Below, piece after piece: positions 7,932-16,353 of a DNA stretch of 64,000 bases. The stretch lies in the NCBI GenBank assembly GCA_043745805.1, contig JAYTSD010000020.1, forward strand, positions 1-64,000, in the 5' to 3' direction. Under the pieces are notes generated by a model. That model had not been told where the DNA came from. It did no database searches and saw only the letters and a program-made list of their open reading frames with translations. The position numbers and the translations under genes were made by a program. Position 1 is the first letter of the stretch; the number at the start of each line of letters is the position of its first letter. The stretch comes from Fibrobacteria bacterium. GTDB lineage: Bacteria > Fibrobacterota > Fibrobacteria > UBA11236.

Positions 7932-9290
7932 ATGACCACTAGTATGAAAACTTTCGAGTTACAACTCGATGGTTTAGTAGGCCCTACGCATAATTATGCG
8001 GGCTTGGTTTTAGGTAATTTAGCATCGACAAAAAACCAACTATCTGTCTCCAATCCCAAAGCCGCGGCATTGCAGGGCTTAGAAAAAATGCGGCGCGTGA
8101 TGGAAATGGGCATTCCACAAGCGGTAATGCCGCCGCAACAGAGGCCACGCCTCGATATATTGCGTAACTTAGGATATACTGGGTCTGTTCCAGCAATATT
8201 ACAAAAAGTCGCCAAAGAAAATCCTACCTTGCTGGCGGCTTGTAGCAGTGCTTCGTCCATGTGGATGGCGAATGCGGCTGCAATCTCGGCTAGTGCGGAC
8301 ACGCAAGATGGTAAAGTGCATTTTACACCCGCCAATTTGATCAGTCAATTTCATCGCGCTTTAGAAAGTGAATTTACCGCAAAAGTTTTAGCGAAAATAT
8401 TTTTCAATGAAAAATATTTTCACCATCATGCACCATTACCAGCGCAAAAAAACTATGCCGATGAAGGAGCAGCCAATCATTGTCGTTTGGGGAAACTTGG
8501 AAAACCCAGCTTATCACTTTTTGTTTATGGTCGTAGCGTAAAAAATTTAGGCCCTAAAAAATATCCTGCCCGGCAAACTTTAGAAGCTTCCCAAAGTATA
8601 GCTCGGCAACATGGTTTGCTTTGGGAAAACACTTTTTACTTACAACAAAACCCTGCGGCTATTGATGCCGGTGTATTTCACAATGATGTTATTTCCGTTA
8701 CCGATGGCAATTTATTTCTTTTGCATGAAAAGGCTTTTGTAAATCAGAATGTTCTGTTGAAAAACATTAAACAAAGATTAATGGCTTTGAATAGCACCTT
8801 GGATGAAACCTCGATAAATTTTAAAAAAATCTCCGCTAAGCAAATTTCTATTAAAGAAGCTGTATCGACTTATTTGTTTAATAGTCAATTATTGACTTTA
8901 AATAATGGCAATCAATGTTTGCTCGCTGCTTTGGAATGTGCAGAGAATAAAAAAGTAAAGCAATACTTGGAAAATTGGGCCGCAGAAGCAGAAACAAAAC
9001 TGCATTTAGAGTTTATGGATTTGCGACAAAGTATGCGTAATGGCGGAGGCCCAGCCTGTTTGCGTTTGCGAGTGCCCTTAACGGAAATAGAATTGAAATC
9101 TATGCATGCGGGAACATTATTAACCGAAAATTTATATGCAAAATTAAAAACTTGGATACATAAACATTATCGCGAAAGCTTGCAGTCTAAGGATTTAGCG
9201 GATCCGGCATTGTTTCATGAAGGGCAATTGGCTTTAGATGAATTGAGTCAATTATTAGGCTTAGCAAACATTTACACTTTTCAACAATAA
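7932..9290 (+). CDS. astB: N-succinylarginine dihydrolase
   Basis: DGLVGPTHNYAGL, SASSMW, DEGAANH, YPARQT, GVFHNDVI, QSMRNGGGPACLRLRV. Confidence 0.97.
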   Translation: MTTSMKTFELQLDGLVGPTHNYAGLVLGNLASTKNQLSVSNPKAAALQGLEKMRRVMEMGIPQAVMPPQQRPRLDILRNLGYTGSVPAILQKVAKENPTLLAACSSASSMWMANAAAISASADTQDGKVHFTPANLISQFHRALESEFTAKVLAKIFFNEKYFHHHAPLPAQKNYADEGAANHCRLGKLGKPSLSLFVYGRSVKNLGPKKYPARQTLEASQSIARQHGLLWENTFYLQQNPAAIDAGVFHNDVISVTDGNLFLLHEKAFVNQNVLLKNIKQRLMALNSTLDETSINFKKISAKQISIKEAVSTYLFNSQLLTLNNGNQCLLAALECAENKKVKQYLENWAAEAETKLHLEFMDLRQSMRNGGGPACLRLRVPLTEIELKSMHAGTLLTENLYAKLKTWIHKHYRESLQSKDLADPALFHEGQLALDELSQLLGLANIYTFQQ

Positions 9291-9323
9291 GTTAGTTAAA
9301 TGTTGATACCCGTAACCCATAGG

Positions 9324-9791
9324 TTAATGGGTATTATGGCGAGAAAATAAAGCGCTCCAAGAAGGATTAATATGGGCTTCTTCCACCGCCACTTTCCATT
9401 CGGAACCTAAAACTTTTTTCGCAATAGAACAGTGTTGCAATTGAAAGCAGGATTCACAGGCGCTATCGCATCCATCTAAATGTTGCATGCCTAAACTATC
9501 CTTGGAAAGCGCAATAGGATTGTCCAACATTTGTTGCAAACCTTTGAAAGCAACTTGGGCGGGAAGGCGATCTAAAAAATCTACGATTATCCCTGCTTGC
9601 ATAAGTTCTACTTCAATGCGATTGAGAATAGGAATCAATTCTATATCAGGTAATGCAGCCGTATTTGCCAAAGCGGATAGGCTTAATAATTCACGTAAAG
9701 AAACAAAGACACCTTGACTTCCATTGTCTTCCGTAGAGGTCCAATCCGATTTTTTTTGCAGAGAATTTGGCTGAGTATTTTTTTCGAACAT
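9324..9791 (-). CDS. Hypothetical protein with a C-terminal CxxxCxxC-x5-C cluster
   Basis: 155-aa ORF with AAGGA RBS; HLDGCDSACESCFQLQHC. Confidence 0.65.
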   Translation of the reverse strand: MFEKNTQPNSLQKKSDWTSTEDNGSQGVFVSLRELLSLSALANTAALPDIELIPILNRIEVELMQAGIIVDFLDRLPAQVAFKGLQQMLDNPIALSKDSLGMQHLDGCDSACESCFQLQHCSIAKKVLGSEWKVAVEEAHINPSWSALFSRHNTH

Positions 9792-9956
9792 GCTTAATTT
9801 TTTCCTTTGACTCCAACCATTCTACGTTTGAAGAAAAACGCATATCCAGAATAAAATCAAGGACTTAGCCGCTAAAAACCAAAGTAGCGCAAACACCTTT
9901 TAGAAGGTCAAGGAGCTTGAAAATTTAGAAGGAAATTGGGTTTAAGGGAGAGTTAA

Positions 9957-9990
9957 ACATAACTTCGCCTAAGAGCGGAAGTTATGCAAA
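9957..9990 (-). terminator. Probable terminator downstream of the DinB-family gene
   Basis: CATAACTTC...GAAGTTATG inverted repeat flanked by A runs. Confidence 0.5.
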
Positions 9991-10003
9991 AGCAAGGCAA
10001 AAA

Positions 10004-10474
10004 TCACAAAAGTTTTTGTAAGGATTTAATAATTCCGATATGCATTCCTTCATGCATGGAATCAAATAATATGGCATCTTCCACATTATTTAAAGTCACG
10101 CCAAAACTGGTGGGATAAGCGTTATAAGTTTTGAATACGCCCTCGGAATAATCATTTTCCATAGCAGGAATGGTGGAAAGTAACAAAGCTTTTAATTGAT
10201 CGAGATCAATATTTTCCGTCCATTCTTTGGGGCTGCTGCCTTTGCGAAAAAGCGGTAAATAAGTATCGGGAATGCGCAAAGCTAATCCTGAATTAGCGTA
10301 GCATAACAATTGTTGCGCCGTCAAAAGATGGCCAGCATTCCACAAAATATTATTGCCAAAACCATTAGGGATTTTTTTTAATTCGACTTCAGAATATTTG
10401 TTCAAAACATTAACGACATTTTGTCGAGCGACTTTTAAGGAAGCGAAAAGCGAAGGGGTTGGTAAGTTTATCAT
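10004..10474 (-). CDS. DinB-superfamily protein
   Basis: IPNGFGNNILWNAGH ... HEGMHIG metal-binding His triad. Confidence 0.88.
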   Translation of the reverse strand: MINLPTPSLFASLKVARQNVVNVLNKYSEVELKKIPNGFGNNILWNAGHLLTAQQLLCYANSGLALRIPDTYLPLFRKGSSPKEWTENIDLDQLKALLLSTIPAMENDYSEGVFKTYNAYPTSFGVTLNNVEDAILFDSMHEGMHIGIIKSLQKLL

Positions 10475-10547
10475 GGTTTAAATCTAATTACTAAGTTTAT
10501 TGAATGGAAATTCTTGGGAAATTTCTTAGTTCAAATGGGAGTTATTC

Positions 10548-11354
10548 ATGCTAATTCACGAAGATTTTGTTGATATTGAAACTCCTACCGGACCCATGCG
10601 TACTTTTATTTATCGACCAGCCTTTGCTGGAAAATTTCCTGGCATCATTTTATTTTCTGAAATTTTTCAGGTCACCGGCCCTATTCAAAGAGTAGCGCGT
10701 TTATTGGCTAATCAAGGCTATATGGTAGCTGCTCCTGAAGTTTATCATGAGTTTGAACCTTTAGGTTCTCCTTTGCAATACAATAAAGAGGATACCGATA
10801 AAGGCAATCGTTATAAAATTGAAAAGCCTGTAAGTGCCTATGATACGGATGCGCAAGCCGTGATTCAATATTTGCAAGGCGCAGAACATTGCACGGGAAA
10901 AATTGGATCTATGGGCATTTGTTTAGGCGGCCATTTAAGCTTCCGCTGTGCGATGAATCCCAAAATTTTAGCGGGTGTTTGTTTTTATGCAACGGATATT
11001 CATAAGCGCAGTTTGGGCCTTGGCATGCAGGATAATTCACTAGATAGAATTGCTGAAATCAAAGGTGAAATGCTAATGCTTTGGGGCAAGCAAGATCCGC
11101 ATGTGCCACAAGCAGGTCGTGATTTAATTTATAAGACCATGACGGATGCCCAAGTGAATTTTACCTGGCATGAATTTAATGCGCAGCATGCATTTATTCG
11201 CGATGAAGGCAATCGCAATGATCCCGCTTTGGCGCAAATTGGATTCGCTTTGGTTTCTGAATTATTTCATCGCAAATTAGTAGCGGGTGAACCGCCATTG
11301 AGACTATTAGAAAAGCCAGAGACCCTTCTCACACAAACCCTCAAATTTGGGTAA
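10548..11354 (+). CDS. Dienelactone hydrolase family protein
   Basis: SEIFQVTG, GICLGG nucleophile, QDPHVP, HAFIRDEG. Confidence 0.92.
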   Translation: MLIHEDFVDIETPTGPMRTFIYRPAFAGKFPGIILFSEIFQVTGPIQRVARLLANQGYMVAAPEVYHEFEPLGSPLQYNKEDTDKGNRYKIEKPVSAYDTDAQAVIQYLQGAEHCTGKIGSMGICLGGHLSFRCAMNPKILAGVCFYATDIHKRSLGLGMQDNSLDRIAEIKGEMLMLWGKQDPHVPQAGRDLIYKTMTDAQVNFTWHEFNAQHAFIRDEGNRNDPALAQIGFALVSELFHRKLVAGEPPLRLLEKPETLLTQTLKFG

Positions 11355-11377
11355 ACCTTAAAGTTACGGTAACAAAT

Positions 11378-11776
11378 ATGAAAAAATTTAAAATTATTTT
11401 AACCTTAATCGTATTGTCAGCGATTGGTATTTTGGCTTTGTTGGTGATGGGGAATTATAGTGACGGGTTTCGGGCAGGAACCATGGTTAAGCTCAGTAAA
11501 AAAGGCTATGTGTTAAAAACTTATGAAGGCCAATTAAATTTGGGTATGGTACTCAGCGAAAATCAGCCTGGTGTTACGGGTGCCGCGGTTTCCAATATTT
11601 GGGAATTTTCTGTGCATAGCAAAGACAAAGAAGTGGTAGAAACCTTAGAGAAAGCCATCTTGGAAGGCGAGCGTGTTAAATTGCATTATGAAGAAAAATT
11701 CTTCCACTATTTTTGGATGGGCGATACGAAGTATTTTGTGTACAAAGTAGAAGTGTTAAAGCGCGAAGAAAAATAA
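11378..11776 (+). CDS. Conserved membrane-anchored hypothetical protein
   Basis: N-terminal TM helix; YSDGFRAG-x3-KLSKKG-x3-KTYEGQL and WEFSV...VKLHYEE motifs of a widespread uncharacterised family. Confidence 0.75.
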   Translation: MKKFKIILTLIVLSAIGILALLVMGNYSDGFRAGTMVKLSKKGYVLKTYEGQLNLGMVLSENQPGVTGAAVSNIWEFSVHSKDKEVVETLEKAILEGERVKLHYEEKFFHYFWMGDTKYFVYKVEVLKREEK

Positions 11777-11811
11777 AAGATTAAAACCGAACAATGGGCA
11801 AACTTTGGGTT

Positions 11812-12621
11812 TCAGTATTCAAAGGCATGCAAAGACGCTTGCACTTGAATTTTTAGACTGTCACTTAATGCCGGTAAGCCAGTTAAGTTTTGTAAAAAAA
11901 CCATTTGTGAATAATTAATTCTTCCCAGCGTTCTTTCTAAGTTTTCCATATCATGCCCATGCACCAAAACAAAATCTGAATCCGCAACCACGGTATCTTG
12001 AATCATTATTTCCTTTAATTGTTTTAGTCGATTAGTTCCGGTGATTAAGGTGAAATTAAATCCGGTACTATCGTCCCAAGCATAAAGCTCATAGCCTTTG
12101 ACACTGCTGGGAAATACGGTACTTTGATTTACACAATAATATCCATTGGCGAATAGTACGAATTGAGCACGCATATAATTAAGGTCATCGAGTTGCTTTA
12201 AATTGCGTAAGGAGGCAAAAAACAAATCTACTTCCGGCCATAATTTTGGTAAGGCCTTTTTAAAGGCCTCTAAGCCTTCGCCGCGTATACTCCATAAAGT
12301 GTCTTGATGCCAAGTCTCTTGCAGGTTTTTGATTTCAGAAAGGGTACGGATTTTATGCACGCCCCAATCAATGGCAAAGGAGATTTTATCCGATTCTTTC
12401 CAAGCATATAATTCATAGCCTGGCAAAATTTCTAAAGGCTTAGTTTTTGTTACGCTATCCTGTGGCGTTTTTATGAGCGCTACATTTTCCGTGGGGTTAA
12501 CCTCACGGTTACAGTAAAAAAAACACCAAACGAAACCCAGCAGGAACAAAAGCTTGCAGGCTTGGTACAGCGGTGAGTTAGATTTTGCTTTTAAAAGCAC
12601 ACTATTCCTTCGTTTACTCAC
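11812..12621 (-). CDS. Hypothetical exported protein with two copies of a GYELYAW domain
   Basis: Hydrophobic N-region ending FFYC; internal repeats PGYELYAWK.. and KGYELYAWD..FTLITGTNRLK. Confidence 0.7.
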   Translation of the reverse strand: MSKRRNSVLLKAKSNSPLYQACKLLFLLGFVWCFFYCNREVNPTENVALIKTPQDSVTKTKPLEILPGYELYAWKESDKISFAIDWGVHKIRTLSEIKNLQETWHQDTLWSIRGEGLEAFKKALPKLWPEVDLFFASLRNLKQLDDLNYMRAQFVLFANGYYCVNQSTVFPSSVKGYELYAWDDSTGFNFTLITGTNRLKQLKEIMIQDTVVADSDFVLVHGHDMENLERTLGRINYSQMVFLQNLTGLPALSDSLKIQVQASLHAFEY

Positions 12622-12668
12622 AAACTATGGTTTTTTGTAAATATTCGCAAGGGGTTTTTAAAACAAAG

Positions 12669-13397
12669 CTAAAAGCGAATCAGTAAATGCTTGCGGTTTT
12701 CCGATAAGGTTAAGGGCAGAGATAAAATCTCTACTTGGCAGGAGGCAAGTTGGCGAATACTTTCCGCTAATTGTGATAAATCGGTTTCCGTGAACTCCAA
12801 TAAACCCTGTTTTTTATGCACCTGCGCATAGGAAGAAAACTTAGCGCGCAGTAAAAATTGCAATTGCGCCCATAAATATTTTTCTTGCCAAGCTTTTTTA
12901 AGCATAGCATAGAGGTTACGTAAAAACCCTCCTTGCATGCAAATATCGGCGATTAAAAATAAAGATCCTGAGCGAGAAACTTTTTTCACCTCTTGCACAA
13001 GATTTAAAACCTCTTTCACCTCTTTAAAATATTGAATCACGCTCAGACAAAGAATTTTATCAAAAGTTTGGCCCTCTAAAAAGTTTAAGTTCGAGGCATT
13101 TTCGACCAATACATGAAAATGAATATGGGATTTACCCGCAAATTTCTTTTGAGCGAAATCAATATAGGCGGAAGAAATATCTAAACCATGAATTTCCATG
13201 ACTTTATTGACGAGGTAACCTTCCAGTGTCCCTGGTCCGCAACCCATATCTAAAAGTTTATCCTTTTTTGTCAGTGGAAAAATTTTGTGGCTGGCCGCTA
13301 AAAATATTTCCATATTTTTTGACCAATTATGAGCCTGAAAAACTTTTTCTTGTTGCCAAAATTCGGACCAAGAATTGGGTTGAGGAGAAGAGTTCAA
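12669..13397 (-). CDS. Class I SAM-dependent methyltransferase
   Basis: LLDMGCGPG, GLDIS, FDKILCLSVIQYF. Confidence 0.88.
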   Translation of the reverse strand: MNSSPQPNSWSEFWQQEKVFQAHNWSKNMEIFLAASHKIFPLTKKDKLLDMGCGPGTLEGYLVNKVMEIHGLDISSAYIDFAQKKFAGKSHIHFHVLVENASNLNFLEGQTFDKILCLSVIQYFKEVKEVLNLVQEVKKVSRSGSLFLIADICMQGGFLRNLYAMLKKAWQEKYLWAQLQFLLRAKFSSYAQVHKKQGLLEFTETDLSQLAESIRQLASCQVEILSLPLTLSENRKHLLIRF

Positions 13398-14224
13398 ACT
13401 TTAAGCGCGTTAATTATTTGCAAACTTTGGGGAGAGGGATGCCCTTCTAGCCACTCCTGCAAAACCTTTAATACCAAGGGTTCTAGCTGAGGTCTGGATT
13501 GTGCTTGATCGAGTAACAGCCGCACTTTCTTTTTTTCCCCAGCACTTAATTTGTCGCCTAAAGGAAAAATATTTAAGATTTTTTGATAAAAAATTTCTTT
13601 GTTAATTTCATTTTCGCTGCGAACATAATTTCCAATTAAAAAGGCGAGTGAGATTTGTTTTTCTCCGCCGCGATTTAAAAAAGTGGCATAAATAGTTTTG
13701 GTATAGGAAGGAATATCATCGCGCTTCGATAAACCTTTTACATACTCCGCTGCTTTAACATAATTGGAATCCCATTTTAATTGGGCTAAAGCTGCATAAA
13801 TATTCAAACGCCATTCGTCGGGAAATTGTTTTATGCCCTTTTCCAACATGGGCAAAGTTTTAGGAATGTTGGCTTTCTCTTTGGTGAGTATTACGCCCGC
13901 AAATTCATAAGCATGTTTGAATTGTGGATTAAGCGTGGTGACTATATCTAAAATATGTCCCATCCATTCGTATTTTTTGCCCTCCAAATATGCATCCGCA
14001 AAATAAATCATACCTTCAATCCAAAGCCCGTCAGCCATGGCTTCATCAAAACCTAAGGCCGCAGGTTTTAAAAGTTTTCCTGAAGGTAAATAAGTGAATT
14101 GACCGGAATACCAGTCTGGTGTTTTAGTAGCATCAATTTTTGTTAAACAAAAATACGCGCATGCCAATAAAATTATAAGCGGGAGAAAAACCAAAAAGGG
14201 TTTTTGCACAAAGCTTTTTTGCAT
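13394..14224 (-). CDS. Hypothetical membrane-anchored TPR-like protein
   Basis: N-terminal TM; LGF...ADGLWI, TTLNPQF..AYEFAG, LEKGIKQFPDEWR helical pattern; overlaps the methyltransferase start. Confidence 0.7.
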   Translation of the reverse strand: MQKSFVQKPFLVFLPLIILLACAYFCLTKIDATKTPDWYSGQFTYLPSGKLLKPAALGFDEAMADGLWIEGMIYFADAYLEGKKYEWMGHILDIVTTLNPQFKHAYEFAGVILTKEKANIPKTLPMLEKGIKQFPDEWRLNIYAALAQLKWDSNYVKAAEYVKGLSKRDDIPSYTKTIYATFLNRGGEKQISLAFLIGNYVRSENEINKEIFYQKILNIFPLGDKLSAGEKKKVRLLLDQAQSRPQLEPLVLKVLQEWLEGHPSPQSLQIINALKV

Positions 14225-14244
14225 AGCAGAATTATGCCATTCGC

Positions 14245-14499
14245 TTATTTTAAAATCAAATTATTAACGATAAGGCCACTGAAAAAAACCATTAAATAGC
14301 CAAACCAAAGCACCATAAGGGGATAATTAAAAAGCTTATCTTCAAGTTTATGCTCGGGCTTTTGTTTGATTTCTTGGATGTTTTTTCGAAAATAACGGAA
14401 GCTGAGCCATAATCCGCCCAAGCCAAACAAAATTAAAAGTGGAATTTTAAGCATTTTTTGCGGTTTCTCTTCCCATTTAAGGTTATCTAAGTCCTTCAT
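14245..14499 (-). CDS. Small two-TM membrane protein
   Basis: 84 aa, two hydrophobic segments. Confidence 0.65.
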   Translation of the reverse strand: MKDLDNLKWEEKPQKMLKIPLLILFGLGGLWLSFRYFRKNIQEIKQKPEHKLEDKLFNYPLMVLWFGYLMVFFSGLIVNNLILK

Positions 14500-14542
14500 C
14501 TTGCCGAAGATAAAGTAATTTACTTAATTTTCGCAACTTTAC

Positions 14543-14556
14543 GAGTGGGTCCCCAC
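14543..14556 (+). promoter_or_regulatory. rimP-leader-like hairpin
   Basis: GAGTGGGTCCCCAC upstream of rimP resembles the GTGGG...CCCAC element commonly found before rimP-nusA; the 2-nt loop is very tight. Confidence 0.35.
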
Positions 14557-14620
14557 GGTAACGCGACTTCGCTTTTCTTCATGAATGTGGGAGCGCTCCT
14601 AAAGTGAGTGAGGGTTTGTA

Positions 14621-15076
14621 TTGGATTTATTGGATATAGTTTCTGGGTTCGCTGCAAAAATTGCAGAATCTAAAGGTCTTGATCTTGTAGATGCGGAATT
14701 GTTTCGCGCAGGAAAAAGAAGAGTTTTAAAAATTTATATTGGCAAACAGGGCGGTGTTAGCGTAGCAGATTGCGCAGACCTTAGTCGTGAATTAAGTGCC
14801 GTGCTCGATGCTGAAAATGCAATGGGCGATGATCCTTTTGTTTTAGAAGTGAGTTCGCCGGGTTTAGACCGACCCTTCAAAACAGTTAAGGATTATGCAA
14901 GAAATATAGGACAGTTTGTACGCATCTCTTGCAAAGAGCAAGTGCAGGGCAAATTTTTATGGGTGGGTAAATTGGAAAAAGTTTCTGAAGATGAAGTCAC
15001 TCTGAGTGCTGACGGAACAGAAAACACCATCCCCTTGGACCTTATAGTTCAAGCCAAAGTGGATATTCGATTTTAA
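14621..15076 (+). CDS. rimP: Ribosome maturation factor RimP
   Basis: TTG start; DCADLSRELS, LEVSSPGLDRP; first gene of the nusA-infB operon. Confidence 0.95.
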   Translation: MDLLDIVSGFAAKIAESKGLDLVDAELFRAGKRRVLKIYIGKQGGVSVADCADLSRELSAVLDAENAMGDDPFVLEVSSPGLDRPFKTVKDYARNIGQFVRISCKEQVQGKFLWVGKLEKVSEDEVTLSADGTENTIPLDLIVQAKVDIRF

Positions 15077-15085
15077 GGAGTAAGT

Positions 15086-16318
15086 ATGGGTTCGACAACT
15101 GAAATCTTCGAGAGCTTATCGCTAATTGCGAAGTCCAAAAATTTAGGGCCGGAAGTGGTGATTTCCACTTTGCAGCATAGTTTGGTCAATGCCGCGAAGA
15201 AATATTTAAATCTCACCAAAAATATTGAAGCCGAAGTCGACAAAGACGCTGGCGAATTACATGTTTACTTGCGTGTTACGGTGGTGGAAGATTATCCCGA
15301 CGTAGACGAAAGCTTAACCGCCGAAGAAGTGCAAGCCATTGATGAAAAGTTTATGCTGGTCGACGAAGCGCATGAGTATAATGCCGATGCCACACCTGGC
15401 GATTATTTGGAAATGGAAATTCCTATTGAAAATTTTGGTCGTGCAGCTATTCAAAGTGCAAAACAAATGCTTTTGCAAAAAGTGCGTGATGCCGAGCGCG
15501 ACAAGATTTTCGATGAATATCAACATCGCGTGGGAACCTTGGTTTCTGGTGCGGTGCAACAAGTGGATAGAGGTAACATATTGGTTAACCTCGGCAAAAC
15601 CGAAGGCATTATTCCTTTGAAGGAACAAATTCGTAAGGAACGCTATCGTCAAGGCGATACCATCCGTGCTTATATTGCTAATGTGAATGCCAATGCCAAG
15701 GGTCCGCAAATTCTTTTGTCACGCACTCATCCCGAATTTTTGGCCAAATTGTTTGAACTCGAAGTTCCTGAAATCAATGATAATATCGTACAAATTCGTG
15801 CGGTATCGCGTGACCCAGGCTTCCGTGCAAAAATTGCCGTAACCACCAAGGATGATCGTATTGATCCTGTGGGTGCCTGCGTAGGTATGAAAGGTAATCG
15901 TGTACAAGCTATCGTGCGTGAGCTGAGTAATGAACGTATTGATATTATTCATTGGAGCGATGATCTTGCCGTCTGCATCAAGCGTGCTTTGAGTCCTGCT
16001 AATGTGCGCCAGACCACCGATATTGGAGACGGTCGCGTAGTGGTAATTGTGGGCGATGAAGATTTATCCCAGGCCATTGGCCGTGGGGGTCAAAATGTAC
16101 GCTTAGCCTCAAAATTATTAGGCCGAGAATTAGACATTTATGGGGCCACAGAATTTGGCAATATGCCACAAGAAGAAAAAGATATTTTGTTTAAAGCACG
16201 CGAGGGTGTGCGTCTTCCAGGAGTAGAAGCAGCGATTGCGGCCCCTACTCCAGTTGCAAACAAATTCTCGGAGCTTGAATCTCTCTTCGCTCCTAAGATA
16301 AAAGTAGACGTGGAATAA
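15086..16318 (+). CDS. nusA: Transcription termination factor NusA
   Basis: FGRAAIQSAKQ, S1 domain, LFELEVPEI, DPVGACVGMKGNR, AIGRGGQNVRLA. Confidence 0.98.
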   Translation: MGSTTEIFESLSLIAKSKNLGPEVVISTLQHSLVNAAKKYLNLTKNIEAEVDKDAGELHVYLRVTVVEDYPDVDESLTAEEVQAIDEKFMLVDEAHEYNADATPGDYLEMEIPIENFGRAAIQSAKQMLLQKVRDAERDKIFDEYQHRVGTLVSGAVQQVDRGNILVNLGKTEGIIPLKEQIRKERYRQGDTIRAYIANVNANAKGPQILLSRTHPEFLAKLFELEVPEINDNIVQIRAVSRDPGFRAKIAVTTKDDRIDPVGACVGMKGNRVQAIVRELSNERIDIIHWSDDLAVCIKRALSPANVRQTTDIGDGRVVVIVGDEDLSQAIGRGGQNVRLASKLLGRELDIYGATEFGNMPQEEKDILFKAREGVRLPGVEAAIAAPTPVANKFSELESLFAPKIKVDVE

Positions 16319-16353
16319 TGTCCCAGGAATAGTTGGGCTTACCGAAAGTATAT

